From an uncultured Candidatus Rokubacteria bacterium (GTDB lineage: Bacteria; Methylomirabilota; Methylomirabilia; Rokubacteriales; CSP1-6): DNA of 64,000 bases. Of the stretch, positions 1 to 12,158 are shown piece by piece. Where the stretch lies: contig CAWBMV010000022.1 in NCBI GenBank assembly GCA_963789955.1, positions 256,001 through 320,000 of the forward strand, read 5' to 3'. Numbering within the stretch: the first letter of the stretch is position 1; each line of letters begins with the position of its first letter. A program made the translations under genes and the position numbers. The notes beneath the pieces are model-generated. The model did not search any database. It saw nothing but the letters and a program-made list of their open reading frames with translations, and was not told the origin of the DNA.

Positions 1-1560
1 ATGTTGCGGACCTGGGCCGGTCAGGTTGCCGGCCATCGAGTTGACCGAGTCGGTCAGGTCCTTCCAGGTGCCGGCGACGTCCTTGACGTCGGCCTGGCCG
101 CCGAGCTTGCCCTCGGTGCCGACCTCGCGCGCGACGCGCGTGACCTCGGCCGCGAACGAGCGGAGCTGGTCGACCATCGTGTTGATCGGTGTCTTGAGCT
201 CGAGGATCTCGCCGCGGACGTCGACGGTGATCTTTCGGAGAGGTCGCCGTTGGCCACGGCGGTCGTCACCTCGGCGATGTTGCGGACCTGGGCGGTGAGG
301 TTGCCGGCCATCGAGTTGACGGAGTCGGTGAGGTCCTTCCAGGTGCCGGCGACGCCGCGCACGTCGGCCTGACCGCCGAGCTTGCCCTCGGTGCCGACCT
401 CGCGCGCGACGCGCGTCACCTCGGCCGCGAACGAGCTGAGCTGGTCGACCATCGTGTTGATCGTGGTCTTGAGCTCGAAGATCTCGCCGCGCACGTTGAC
501 GGTGATCTTCTTGGACAGGTCGCCGTTCGCGACCGCCTTCGTCACGTCGGCGATGTTGCGGACCTGCGCGGTCAGGTTGCCGGCCATCGAGTTGACGCGA
601 GTCGGTGAGGTCCTTCCAGGTGCCGGCCACGTCGCGGACGTCGGCCTGGCCGCCGAGCTTGCCCTCGGTGCCGACCTCGCGCGCGACGCGCGTCACCTCG
701 GCCGCGAACGAGCTGAGCTGGTCGACCATCGTGTTGACCGTGTTCTTGAGCTCGAGGATCTCGCCCTTGACGTCGACGGTGATCTTCCGCGACAGGTCGC
801 CGTTGGCGACGGCGGTGGTGACCTCGGCGATGTTGCGCACCTGGGCGGTGAGGTTGCCGGCCATCGAGTTGACCGAGTCGGTGAGGTCGCGCCAGGTACC
901 GGACACGCCTTCGACTCGGGCCTGGCCGCCGAGCTTGCCCTCGGTGCCGACCTCGCGCGCGACGCGCGTGACCTCGGCGGCGAAGGAGCGGAGCTGGTCG
1001 ACCATCGTGTTGATCGTGTTCTTGAGCTCGAGCACCTCGCCGCGCACGTCGACGGTGATCTTCGTGACAGGTCGCCGTTGGCGACCGCGGTGGTGACCTC
1101 GGCGATGTTGCGGACCTGGGCGGTGAGGTTGCCGGCCATCGAGTTGACGGAGTCGGTGAGGTCCTTCCAGGTGCCGGCCACGTCGCGGACGTCGGCCTGG
1201 CCGCCGAGCTTGCCCTCGGTGCCGACCTCGCGCGCGACGCGCGTGACCTCGGCGGCGAAGGAGCGGAGCTGGTCGACCATCGTGTTGATGGTGTTCTTGA
1301 GCTCGAGCACCTCGCCGCGCACGTCGACGGTGATCTTGCGAGAAAGATCGCCGTTGGCGACGGCGGTGGTGACCTCGGCGATGTTGCGGACCTGGGCGGT
1401 GAGGTTGCCGGCCATGGAGTTGACGGAGTCGGTGAGGTCCTTCCAGGTGCCGGCCACGTCGCGGACGTCGGCCTGACCGCCGAGCTTGCCTTCGGTGCCG
1501 ACCTCGCGGGCGACGCGCGTGACCTCGGCGGCGAAGGAGCGGAGCTGCTCGACCATCAGG
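1..1560 (-). repeat. ~276-bp tandem coding repeats (HAMP units)
   Basis: CCTTCCAGGTGCCGGC recurs near 60, 335, 611, 1163 and 1439 (variant near 888), at ~276-bp spacing. Confidence 0.9.
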
Positions 1561-1994
1561 TTGACGGTCTTCGCGGAGCGGAGGAACTCGCCCTCGAGCG
1601 GGCGATCGTCGACCTCGAGCGCCATGCTCTGCGAGAGATCACCCTTGGCCACGGCGCCGATCACGCGCGCGGCCTCGCTGGTGGGCTGCACGAGGCTCGC
1701 GACCAGCGAGTTCACGTTCGCCACCGAATCGGCCCACGCGCCGGAGACCGGCCCCACCGACGCGCGCTCGGTGATCTTGCCGTGCTGGCCGATGGCGAGG
1801 CGGAGGCGCTCGAGCTCGGAGGCCAGGCGCTGGTTCATCTCGACCACTTCGTTGAAGGTATCGGCGACCTTGCCCGCGACCCCGACCCAGTCATCGGGCA
1901 GCCGCACCGAGAAGTCGCCCTTCCGGACGGCCTTGAGGGCGCTCAGGAAGCCTGGCAGGTCAACCGTGGCCGCGGCCTGTGCGACACGAGCCAT
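1..1994 (-). CDS. Poly-HAMP (group III/Nik1-like) hybrid sensor histidine kinase, N-terminal part, runs off the window; apparent frameshifts near 1062, 598 and 236
   Basis: Repeated 92-aa units [23 protein letters not shown]...[35 protein letters not shown] across ORFs 693..1994 and 54..587. Confidence 0.9.
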
Positions 1995-2339
1995 CTCTGG
2001 TGCTCCTTCTCAATCGCGCGCTCAGCGCGCGTACTCACGTCGAGTGGCAGACAGGGTATTACCCCGGCATGAATCCGGTGATCGCCCGGCGCGGCTTGCG
2101 TCGCAAGATGGGTGCCACCGGAATTGAAGAGGTTACACACCGTAAATGCTTGTTTCTGAAAGGGCTGTCCGGCAGCTGACGCGGTTCCCTGTAATCTCTA
2201 CCGAGTAGTTCTTACATTGGCGTCGACCGCAAAACACCGGCTGGGGACCGAGGGAGCGGGAGAACTCCGGGCCAACATCAATTACGATAGGGCCGGGCGG
2301 CCCGCCGCGGACCGCCGATCGACTACTTCAATCCGTAGT

Positions 2340-2390
2340 CGCGCTTCAGCCGGCAGGGCCCGGACCCCGCGACGGCCTGGGGCGCGCACT
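2340..2390. repeat. 51-bp imperfect palindromic intergenic element, copy A
   Basis: 42/51 ungapped identity to 12965..13015; lies directly before the RBS GGAGGA of the dehydrogenase. Confidence 0.7.
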
Positions 2391-2400
2391 GCAGGAGGAC

Positions 2401-3527
2401 ATGCCGGTGCCGAAGGGACTGACCGTCGTACTCAACCAGCCTGGTAAGCCGCTCGAGCTCGAGACCCTGCCGACCCCGGAGGTCGAGGCCGGCGGGATTC
2501 TCATCAAGAACACCGCCGCCGCGATCTGCGGATCGGACCTGCACTACTGGCGCAATGACGGGAACTACTCCGGCCCGGACATGCGACGGGTGCCCGGCCA
2601 CGAGTTCACCGGCGTGGTCGCGAGCCTCGGCAAGGGCGTCACCACGGATTCGCTGCGACGACCGCTGAAGGAAGGCGACCGCGTCGCGTTTCCGTTCTTC
2701 AATCCGTGCAATCGCTGCTACTGGTGCGTGCGCGGCGAGCATCACGTCTGCCCGCATCGCCAGCGCCGGAGCATGCAGTTCACGTTGAACGAGTACCCGT
2801 ACTGCGACGGCGGCTACGCCGAGTACTACTTCCTGCCGCCCGGCCACTACGTCTTCAAGGTGCCGGACATCCTGCCGGACGACGCGATTCCGCCGGTGAA
2901 CTGCGCGATGTGTCAGGTGCTGCACGGGCTCGAGTACTGCGAACATGCAGTTCGGCGACGTCGTCGTGATCCAGGGCGCCGGCGGGCTCGGGATCTACGC
3001 CGCGGCCATCGCCGCGGAGAAGGGCGCGTCGAAGGTCATCTCGATCGACAAGCAGCCGCTGCGCCTCGACTTCGCCAAGAAGTGCGGCGCGACCGACGTC
3101 ATCGACATGAACGAGCTCCCGACCCCGGAAGCCCGCGTTCAGCGCGTGAAGGATCTCACCGACGGGCGCGGCGCCGACGTGGTGGTCGAGGTCGTCGGCA
3201 TCGCGGCGGCGACGGTCGAGGGGCTCGACATGGTCCGGCTGCGGCGGCAAGTTCGTCGACATCGGCAACATCGTGCCGCAGCCGGTCAGCTTCCCCGCCA
3301 TCAAGGTGATCGCGCAGCAGGTCAAGTGGACGGGGCTCATGCACTACAACCCGTGGATCATGCCGGCCGCGCTCGAGTTCCTGGTGCGCACGCGGGACAA
3401 GTACCCGCTCTCGAAGGTCGTGTCGCACAGCTTCCCGCTCGCGGACGTCAACAAGGCGTTCGCGTTCGCGGAGTGGCAGGGCAAGAACGCGGGCACGGCC
3501 GCGACACGGGTGATCCTCAAGCCGTAG
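2401..3527 (+). CDS. Zinc-dependent medium-chain alcohol dehydrogenase (two frameshifts, near 2940 and 3243)
   Basis: ICGSD, GHE, CxxCxxC...C and GAGGLG motifs spread over ORFs 2401..3309, 2945..3583 and 3273..3527. Confidence 0.9.
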
Positions 3528-4644
3528 CGGCAGCGTCTCCGATCAGCCAGTCGAGGATCTTCGGATTCTCGTCCCGCGGGTAGGTGTGGGACAGGTCCTC
3601 GATCTCGCGGTAGACGAGCCGCGCGCCGGCGGCCTGCAAGGCGTCGCGCCCGAGGTGCGCCACCGAGACCGGGAACATCCAGTCGAGCGCGCCGTGGACC
3701 ATGTAGATCGGCCGGCCCGCGGCGCGCTCGAGCCCACTGGCCGTGAAGAGAAACGGATGCAGGACGCCGCACGCCGGCGCCAGGTGCGTGAACGGCGTGG
3801 CGCCGTCGCGAAGGCCGCACAGCAAGCTGTAGGTCGCGCCATCGGACATGCCGGTCAGTAGCACGCGCGAGCGGTCGACGGGGTAGCGCGCCGCGACCGA
3901 CTCCACCATCTCGCGCAGTCCCTCCGCGTCGACGTCGTCGAGACCCATGATCGACCAGGTGCGGTCGCGCGAGGTCGGCGCCATCAGGAGTACGCCGCGC
4001 GACCGTGCGTCGGCGAGCCAGCTCCACAGAAAGTCCCGGCCGTGACCGTGACCGCCGTGCAGCGCCACGACGAGCGGCATCGGGGTGTGGCCGTCCGACT
4101 GCTCCGGCACGTAGACCGAGAAGCCGCCCCGCGCGTCGCGCTCGTTCGAGGCGTGCAGCACGCCCACCCGCGCCTCGTCGTCGCGGAGCGCGCCTTCACG
4201 CAAGCGCGCGACGAGCTCGTCGTCGTCCCGTCGCGCCGGCTCGAGAAACCATCGGCTCACCGGCTCGAACGCGGGCGCCAGCGGGTAGAGCGTCTCCTGG
4301 ATGCGGGCGAAGCGCCGCAGCGCGCGATAGAGGTCGATCGGGTTCTCGGGCGACTTCGCGGCGCCGACGAACGCCGTGACCAGATCGATCGTCTGTCGCG
4401 CGACGTCGACGAGGCGATCGCGCATGAACCGGAGATCGTCCGGCCAGTCGAGCTTCTCGAGGACGCTCAGTGGCCCGGCCACGGCATCGGCGCCCGGCGC
4501 CAGCTGCTCGGCGAGGTGGGGCGCCATCGGAGGAAAGAGATGCCGCTGGACCCAGCCGACTCGCTCGAGAGTCTCCAGAAGCGGCTCGAGAAGATGGTCG
4601 ATCGCGTCGATCACGTCCTGGGAGGGCGGCATGGCGAGAAGCAT
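3517..4644 (-). CDS. Alpha/beta hydrolase (phospholipase/carboxylesterase family)
   Basis: LVVALHGGHG, GMSDG nucleophile elbow, HGALDWMFP, SH catalytic His. Confidence 0.85.
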   Translation of the reverse strand: MLLAMPPSQDVIDAIDHLLEPLLETLERVGWVQRHLFPPMAPHLAEQLAPGADAVAGPLSVLEKLDWPDDLRFMRDRLVDVARQTIDLVTAFVGAAKSPENPIDLYRALRRFARIQETLYPLAPAFEPVSRWFLEPARRDDDELVARLREGALRDDEARVGVLHASNERDARGGFSVYVPEQSDGHTPMPLVVALHGGHGHGRDFLWSWLADARSRGVLLMAPTSRDRTWSIMGLDDVDAEGLREMVESVAARYPVDRSRVLLTGMSDGATYSLLCGLRDGATPFTHLAPACGVLHPFLFTASGLERAAGRPIYMVHGALDWMFPVSVAHLGRDALQAAGARLVYREIEDLSHTYPRDENPKILDWLIGDAAATA

Positions 4645-4783
4645 CTCACAGCGGTCGTCGGAACGGTGACGCCCCGGCGCGGTTGCCGCCGTTCTGGCAC
4701 CGGCTCGAGAGCCCGATAGGCTATGTACGCCGCGACTTTGGCGCGTGCTCGACCTGGCACCTCCGGTGCTTCATCCAGGACGC

Positions 4784-7103
4784 ATGGCTCGCCTCTTCCG
4801 GATATTGGCCGTGGCCGCCGTCCTCTGGATCGCATCGGCGGCGGGCTCGGCCGCGGCACCACTCAGGACCTTCTACGTCGACCCGGCCGGCAACGACTCG
4901 GCCGCGGGCTCGATCACGAGCCCCTGGCGGACCTTGCAGAAGGCGGCCAACACGGTGCGCGCCGGCGACCTGGTGATCGTGCGCGCCGGCCACTACGCGG
5001 GCCTCTACCTGACGACGAGCGGGACCGCGACGGATCCCATCACCTTCCGGGGCGATCCGGGCGCGATCGTCGACACGCAGAATCCGACGACACCCGACGG
5101 CATCAATCTCGAGGGCGCCAGCTGGGTCGTGATCGAGAACTTCACGGTCACGGGCGTCCCGCGCGCCGGCATCCGCGCCGTCCTGAACAACCACGTCACG
5201 ATCCGCGGTAACACCGGCGACCTCAACGGACGCTGGGGCATTCTCACCGGCTTCAGCGACGACCTGCTGATCGAGAACAACACGATGTCCCGCTCGCAGG
5301 CCGAGCACGGCATCTACGTCGGCAACAGCGGCGACCGGCCCGTGATTCGCCACAACGTCGTGTGGGGGAACAACGCGAACGGCATCCACATGAACGGCGA
5401 TCTGAGCCAGGGCGGCGACGGCATCATCTCGGGCGCCGTCGTCGAGGGCAACGTCATCCACGACAACGGGGTCGCCGGCGGCTCCGGCATCAACTGCGAC
5501 GGCGTGCAGAGCTCGATCATCCGCAACAATCTCCTGTACAACAATCACGCCAGCGGCATCTCGCTCTATCAGATCGACGGCGGTCAGCCCGCGCGGAACA
5601 ACCAGGTCCTCAACAACACGATCGTGATGGCGTCCGACGCGCGCTGGGCGATCAACATCCAGAACGCGAGCACCGGGAACGTCGTGCGCAACAACATCCT
5701 CTTCAACCAGCAGTCGTTCCGCGGCAGCATCGCGATCTCCGCCGACAGCCTGCCCGGCTTCGTCAGCGACACCAACGTGATCATGGACCGCTTCTCGGCC
5801 GACGGCGGCGACACGCGGGTGACCCTGGCGGCGTGGCGCAGCGCGACCGGCCAGGACATGCACTCGATCATCGCCACGCCCGCGGCGCTCTTCGTCAACT
5901 TCGCCGGCAACGACTACCACCTGAGCTCCACCTCGCCGGCGCGCGACGCGGGCGGAACGATCGCCAACGTGACGGACGACCTGGAAAGTGCGCCGCGGCC
6001 CCAGGGCTCGGCGTTCGACATCGGCGCCTACGAGTTTCCCGCGACGACCGGCGCCCGTCACGCTCAGCGTGACCCGGACGGGCAACGGCACGGTCAGCAG
6101 CGCGCCGGCCGGCATCAGCTGTGGAGCTACTTGCTCGGCCATGTTCACCGCCGGGACCAGCGTGACGCTCACGGCAACACCGGCCGCGGGCTCGGCGTTC
6201 TCCGGCTGGTCGGGTGGAGGATGCTCGGGGACCGGGGCGTGCACCTTGACGATGGCGACCGCGACGACGGTGAGCGCGGCGTTCGCGCCGGCACCGGTGG
6301 CGGTCACGGTCGTACGCGCCGGGCTCGGAAACGGCAGCGTCACGAGCGCGCCCGCCGGCATCACGTGCGGCACGACGTGCTCGGCGAGCTTCCCGTCGGG
6401 CAGCTCGGTCGTCCTCACCGCGACGCCGGCCGGCGGCTCAGTCTTCGGCGGCTGGTCGGGCGGCGGCTGCTCGGGGACCGGAACCTGCACCGTCACGCCG
6501 ACGAGCGCGACGACCGTCACCGCGACGTTTGCCTCGTCTGCGACCGTCGGGCTCACCGTGACCGTCTCGGGCGGCGGGACCGGAACCGTGACGAGCGCGC
6601 CGGCCGGGATCACCTGTAGCCTCGTCTGCACCGCGACGTTCGCCGCGGGTACGTCGGTGACCTTGACCGCGACGCCGGGCGCCGGCTCGGTCTTCGCCGG
6701 CTGGAGCGGCGCCTGCAGCGGCTCGGCGTCCTGCACGGTCGTCCTCGACCAGGCGCGCGCGGTGACCGCTCGGTTCAGCCGCGTGTTCACCGACCCGACC
6801 TTGACGCCGCTCACGAGCATCGTCCGCGCCGTGCACTTCACGGAGCTTCGCGGCGCGATCGACACCCTGCGCGCACGTCAGGGGCTCACGGCCTTCGGCT
6901 GGAGCGATCCGAGCCTCGCCGCCGGGGCGACGACGATCAAGCAGGTCCACCTCGCCGAGCTGCGCTCCGCGGTCTCGGCGGTCTACGCGGCGCGCGGTCT
7001 CTCGGCCCCGGCGTGGACCGACGCGACGATCACGCCCGCGGCGACCGTCGTTCGCGTGGTTCACATCACCGAGCTTCGCGCCGCCGTCCTCGCCCTCCAG
7101 TAA
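4784..7103 (+). CDS. Secreted right-handed beta-helix protein with three InlB-B/Flg_new-like repeats and a C-terminal triple repeat (frameshift near 6050)
   Basis: Signal peptide, FYVDPAGNDS...PWRTLQKA, Asn-rich coils, DIGAYE, three GTVTSAPAGI.C...VTLTATP..GS.F.GWSG.CSGTG.C units. Confidence 0.85.
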
Positions 7104-7115
7104 GCGCTGAGCGCC

Positions 7116-8583
7116 TCAGCGATCGGCGGTCTTGCGCCCGGCGGCCAGGATCTCGTCGACCAGCGCGTAGGCACGGCTTCGGTCGACGTTGCGAAGGTGG
7201 TGGTTGATGCGGTTGCGCGCCGCCGACGTCAGGTAGAAGCGCTCGTAGAGCACGTTGCGGCCCGCCAGGCTCGAGCCGACGAAATCCCACGCGAGCCGGA
7301 ACAGCGCGGCGCGCTCTTCGGCGCCGGTGCCCGCGGGCCCCGTGCATGAACTCGTCGAGCAGCGGACGAAGCCCCTCGTGGTCGAGCTGGCGCCGGCTCG
7401 GCGTCGCCAGGAGATTGTGGCTGCCGATGAGCATCAGGATCTCGTTCACCCGGGGAAACCACGTCGCGAGGAGCGAGCGCATCGGATGCAGCGCCCGGCC
7501 TTCGGGAAACCAGACGCCGTTGCCGATATCGTATCCGTGCTCGGCTGACAGCATCACCGCGTTCCGCGAGACTTCGACGTAGTCCAGCAGCTCGCCCAGC
7601 ATCTCGTGGGTCGCGGGAGTCGCGTCCCCGAGCGTGTCGGCCATCCGGCACGCGAGCCCGTAGGCGAACTCGAGCTTCGTCAGCGCGCGAATCGTGGTCT
7701 GGTTCGTCATGTTGTCGCGCAGCCCGGTCGTGCCCACCGTGTTGTACACGTCGAGGTGGCCGTCGCAGAAGAGCCGGTCGCGCGGGATCTCGACGTCGTC
7801 GAAGATCACGAACGCGTCCTGCTCGTCGAACCGCGTCGAGAGCGGCCGGTCGAAGACATCCGCGGCCGGGGTGGCGGCGCTGTCGCGGCACAGGAAGATC
7901 AGGCCCGGCGTGTCGACCCTGATCGAGAACGCCAGCGCGTAGGCTTCGGCGCCCGCCGGCAGCGGATGCGCCGGGTAGACGGCGATCTCGTCGGCGAACG
8001 GCGCCAGGGTCGCCAGGATCCGGGCGCCGCGCACGACGATGCCGGCGGCCGTGTCGCCGGTCTTGTGCACGGGCACGCGGTTGCCGGCGAACTGGCCGTC
8101 GGTCGACTTGTCGATGGTCGGATGGATGATCGTGTGGGTGAGCGAGACGTCTTCGCGCGCGATCCGCTTCTGGAAGCGCACGATGTTGTGCGCGCCTTCC
8201 TCGTTTCGGCCCTCGGCGCCCCGCCAGTCGTGCGCCCGCGACGCGAAGCTGGCGAACTTGACGTTCATGTAGTCCGGCGTGCGGCCCATGAGCCCGACGG
8301 TGGCTTCCGCGATCCGCGCGAGGCCGCGGTTGCGGCGCTTCAGATCGGCGACCGAGCGCGGGATCATGTGCCCCACGTTGACCGGCTCGCCGGTCTCGGG
8401 ATCGGGGGTCAAGCAATCGTCGGGAAAGGCGTGCTGGCGATCGAACACGCCGGCGATCGTCTGCGCGGCGCCCGCGAGCGCCGGATGCGTGGTGACGTCG
8501 TCGACGCGCTCGCCTTCGACCCACAGCTGGCGCGCGGTGCGCCGAAGACACTCGAGGAATTGTTTTCCGGTTCGCGCCGGCAT
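7116..8583 (-). CDS. 4-hydroxyphenylacetate 3-hydroxylase family flavin monooxygenase, oxygenase subunit (frameshift near 7330)
   Basis: MPARTGKQFLE, GLMGRTPDYMN, GIVVRGARILATLAPFADE, RFDEQDA, LYERFY motifs. Confidence 0.9.
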
Positions 8584-8679
8584 CTTGCGCGCGAGGATCG
8601 GGTGAAAGGCAGGGGCTGTCAAGGTCCCCCTGGGTGCCCGATGTTTGCTACTCTTGGGGCCCACGGAGGAGACGGCGCA

Positions 8680-9853
8680 ATGAGACTGAGCCTCGCGTAC
8701 GAGATGCAGCGGCCGGTGGTCGACGATCACGCGGTCATCAAGGAGACGCTCGAGCAGTGCGTGCTCGCCGATCGCATGGGCTTCGACACGGTCTGGTTCG
8801 TCGAGCATCACTTCCTCACGAGCTTCTCGATGTCGCCGTGCCCGGAAGTCATCTTCGGCGCGCTGAGCCAGCTCACCAAGCGCATCCGCCTGGGGTTCGG
8901 CGTCGTGATCCTGCCGTATCACCATCCGGCGCGGGTCGCCGAGCGCGTGGCGATGGTCGATCACATGTCCGGCGGGCGCGTCGAGTTCGGCACCGGACGC
9001 TCGGCGCCGTACGAGCAGATGGGGATGGGGATCGATCCGCGCAACACGCGCGCGATGTGGGAAGAATCGCTCCGTATGATTCCGCGGATCTGGGAGGACG
9101 GCATGTTCTCCGCGGAGGGGCAGTTCTGGAAGGTGCCGCCGCGCGACGTGCGGCCGAAGCCCTATCAGAAGCCGCACCCGCCGATCTGGGTCGCCGCGCT
9201 GCAGCCGGCCACGTACGAGCTCGCCGCCGAGCTGGGCATCGGCGTGATGGCGCTGAGCGTCGCGGCGCCCTCGTATCTGGCGCCCCACATCAAGCAGTAC
9301 AAGGAGCGCGTGCGACACGCCAAGCCGGTCGGGAAATTCGTGAACGATCAGTGGCTGAGCTCGACGATGGCGCTCTGCGACTCGGACGGCAAGAGCGCGC
9401 GCGAGCTGGCGGCGAAATCGCTGAGGACGTTCTTCGGACCTGATCGTCCGTACCTCAAGGACCAGACCCATCTCTACGAGCAGCTCGTCGCCTCGTGGGG
9501 CGGCGTGCCCGAGCACCTGAAGGCCAATTTCTCGCGCTACCTGAAGGGCGAAGGGCGCCGCGGGCGCGCCCGAAGTGGATCTCTCGGGCGGATCCGGCCA
9601 GATCGCGTCGGCCCTGTGGAATCAGATCGACGCCGACACCCTGGTCGAGCGCGGCGTGCTCGTGGCCGGCGACCCGGAGAGCTGCCTGCGCGGGATCGCG
9701 ATCCACGAGGAGGCCGGGGTCGACGAGCTGCAGTTCCTGATGGCGACCGAGACCGTGCCGCACGACCGGGTGATGACGTCGATCGAGATGTTCGGCAAGC
9801 ACGTGATCCCCGAGCTGAAGAAGAAGTCGGCGGCCGCTCCGGCTCGCGCCTGA
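8680..9853 (+). CDS. LLM-class flavin-dependent oxidoreductase (frameshift near 9555)
   Basis: GFDTVWFVEHH, HPARVAERVAMVD, PKPYQKPHPPIW. Confidence 0.9.
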
Positions 9854-9869
9854 CGAGCTCGAGCGCGAG

Positions 9870-10940
9870 ATGATCAGGGCCCGGGCCGAAGTCGAAGCCC
9901 TCACGCCATACGTGGCGCCGCTCGAGGGCCGGCGGCCGATGCTGCGCCTCGACTTCAACGAGAGCACGATCGGGCCGAGCCCGCGCGTGCTCGAGGCGAT
10001 TCGCAGCCTGCCGCCCGATGCCTACGGCGCCTACCCGGAGTACGCGGGGCTCAACGCCGCCTATGCGGAGACCGTCGGCGTGCCGGAGCAGTACGTCGAG
10101 GCGTTCAACGGCGTCGACGCGGCGATCCGCGCGATCTTCGACGCCTACGGCGAGAAGGGCAGCACGTTCCTGACGACGGCGCCGACGTTCGGGTACTACG
10201 AGCCGTGCGCGCAGCAGCAGGGGATGGTGATCGACGAGGTCCTCTACCCGGAGGATCTGCGATTCCCGCTGGCGGCGATCACGCGAAAGCTCGAATCGCG
10301 CCCGCGTTTGCTGTTCGTCTGTAACCCGAACAATCCGACGGGAACCCTGGTCGAGCCGGCCACGCTCGTGGCGCTCGCGCGCTCGGCGCCGCAGACGTTG
10401 GTGGTCGTCGACGAGCTGTACGTCGCGTTCACCGGCCAGTCGGTCGTGCCGCTGGCGCGCGAGCTTGCCAATGTTGTCGCGCTCCAGTCGCTCTCGAAGG
10501 CGGCCGGCCTCGCGGCCCTGCGGCTGGGATTCGCGGTCGGCCACCCGACCATCGTCGAGCGCCTGCGCCGGGTGACCGGGCCGTACGACATCAACATGTT
10601 TGCGGTCGTCGCAGGCAAGGCCGCGATGGCGGACCCTGACCATACGCGACGCTACGTCGCCGAGGTGCTCGCCGCGCGCGAGTGGACCATCGGAGAGCTA
10701 CGCCGGCTCGGTGTGCGCTACGCGGGCGAGGGCGGCAACTATCTCCTGGTGTGGCCGCCCGGTGATTGCGAGGCAGCCGTGCGTGCACTCCGCGATCAGG
10801 GGATTCTGGTGCGGAGCATGGCGAAGAAGCCGGTCATCGACGGGAGCTTTCGGCTGACGATCGGCACGCTCGCCGACATGCGGCGGTTCGTGAGCGCGTT
10901 CTCGCCGCTCGCCGCGTCCTACTCGCGATCGGCCCGGTAG
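9870..10940 (+). CDS. hisC: Histidinol-phosphate aminotransferase family
   Basis: LDFNE, CNPNNPTG, VVDELY, SLSKAAGLAALRLG (PLP Lys). Confidence 0.85.
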   Translation: MIRARAEVEALTPYVAPLEGRRPMLRLDFNESTIGPSPRVLEAIRSLPPDAYGAYPEYAGLNAAYAETVGVPEQYVEAFNGVDAAIRAIFDAYGEKGSTFLTTAPTFGYYEPCAQQQGMVIDEVLYPEDLRFPLAAITRKLESRPRLLFVCNPNNPTGTLVEPATLVALARSAPQTLVVVDELYVAFTGQSVVPLARELANVVALQSLSKAAGLAALRLGFAVGHPTIVERLRRVTGPYDINMFAVVAGKAAMADPDHTRRYVAEVLAAREWTIGELRRLGVRYAGEGGNYLLVWPPGDCEAAVRALRDQGILVRSMAKKPVIDGSFRLTIGTLADMRRFVSAFSPLAASYSRSAR

Positions 10941-12145
10941 TGGGTCGCGTAGGCGCGCCGGCAGCGCTCGCGTAGCTCGGCCTCGTCGATCGCGCGCCCG
11001 GCGAAGCGCGCCGTCGAGATCTCCGACAGGTCGAGCTCGGACTTCCCGTCGACGATCCACTCGGCGAGCGCCTCGCCGAGCGCCGGTGACGCGCTGAGGC
11101 CGCCCACACAGCAGCCGCTCATCACCCAGGCGCCCGCGACGCCGGGCAGCGGCCCGACCAGGTAGCGGTCGTCGGTCGTGATCGTCGGCAGCCCGCCGCG
11201 GTGCTCGGCGATCTGGATCGCCGAGTCCTGGAAGATCGGGAACTGCTCGGCGACGCTCGCCGCGAGCCGCCGCAGTACCTCGATGTCGAGCGGCAGCTCG
11301 GCCATCTCGAACGCCGGCGGCAACGTCGCCGCGTCGACCTGCAGCGGATCGGACTCGTAGCCGCCGAGCATGAGGCCGCCGCGCTCGTGGCGAATGTAGA
11401 CGTTCGCGTCGATCACCCGCGCGATCGGGAACTCGGGGACGACGCCCGGGATCGGCTCGGTGATGAAGAGCTGATGGCGCGTCGGCACGACCTGCAGCGG
11501 CGCGCCGAGGGTTTCCGCGACGACCCGCGACCACGCTCCCGCGGCGTCGACCACCACGCGCGTGGCGATCGTGCCGTGCGGCGTGCGCACGCCTTCGACG
11601 CCTCGCGTGCCGATCTCGAAGCCGGTGGCGGGCGTGTTCGGCAGCAGGATGGCGCCCATCTTCTCCGCCGCGCGGCAATAGCCGATCGGCAGCTCCGACG
11701 GCTCGACGTTGCAGTCGGTCGGGCTCCAGGTGACGGCGGCGATGCCGCGCTCGCGCAGGATCGGCAGCCGGCGCCGCGCCTCGGCGGTCGAGACGAAGTC
11801 GATCGCGACGCCGACCTCGCGGCCCCGCTGGACCTCACGACCGAGCTGGGCGGCATCGCGCTCGTTGCGCGCGATCTTGAGGGCGCCGCTCTGGGTGAAC
11901 CGCAGCGGCTGGCCGGTCTCGTCGGTGAACGACGCGAGCTTCACGACCGCGCGACGGGCGATGGCGGTGAGAGCGGGGGTGGCACGCACTTGACTGCTGA
12001 GCCCGGCGGCGCGAGGCGAAGTTTGGGAGGCGAGACGGGAGCGATCGAGGAGAGCGACCCGCAGACCGTGCCGGGCGAGGTGATAGGCGACGCTCGAGCC
12101 GAAGGCGCCCGAGCCGATGACGACCGCGTCCGCCGCGTCGATCAT
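10919..12145 (-). CDS. FAD-dependent oxidoreductase (DAO/sarcosine oxidase/GcvT-N family)
   Basis: VVIGSGAFGSSVA, TSPRAAG, VVDAAGAWS. Confidence 0.85.
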   Translation of the reverse strand: MIDAADAVVIGSGAFGSSVAYHLARHGLRVALLDRSRLASQTSPRAAGLSSQVRATPALTAIARRAVVKLASFTDETGQPLRFTQSGALKIARNERDAAQLGREVQRGREVGVAIDFVSTAEARRRLPILRERGIAAVTWSPTDCNVEPSELPIGYCRAAEKMGAILLPNTPATGFEIGTRGVEGVRTPHGTIATRVVVDAAGAWSRVVAETLGAPLQVVPTRHQLFITEPIPGVVPEFPIARVIDANVYIRHERGGLMLGGYESDPLQVDAATLPPAFEMAELPLDIEVLRRLAASVAEQFPIFQDSAIQIAEHRGGLPTITTDDRYLVGPLPGVAGAWVMSGCCVGGLSASPALGEALAEWIVDGKSELDLSEISTARFAGRAIDEAELRERCRRAYATHYRADRE

Positions 12146-12158
12146 CGGCTCGGTAGCC

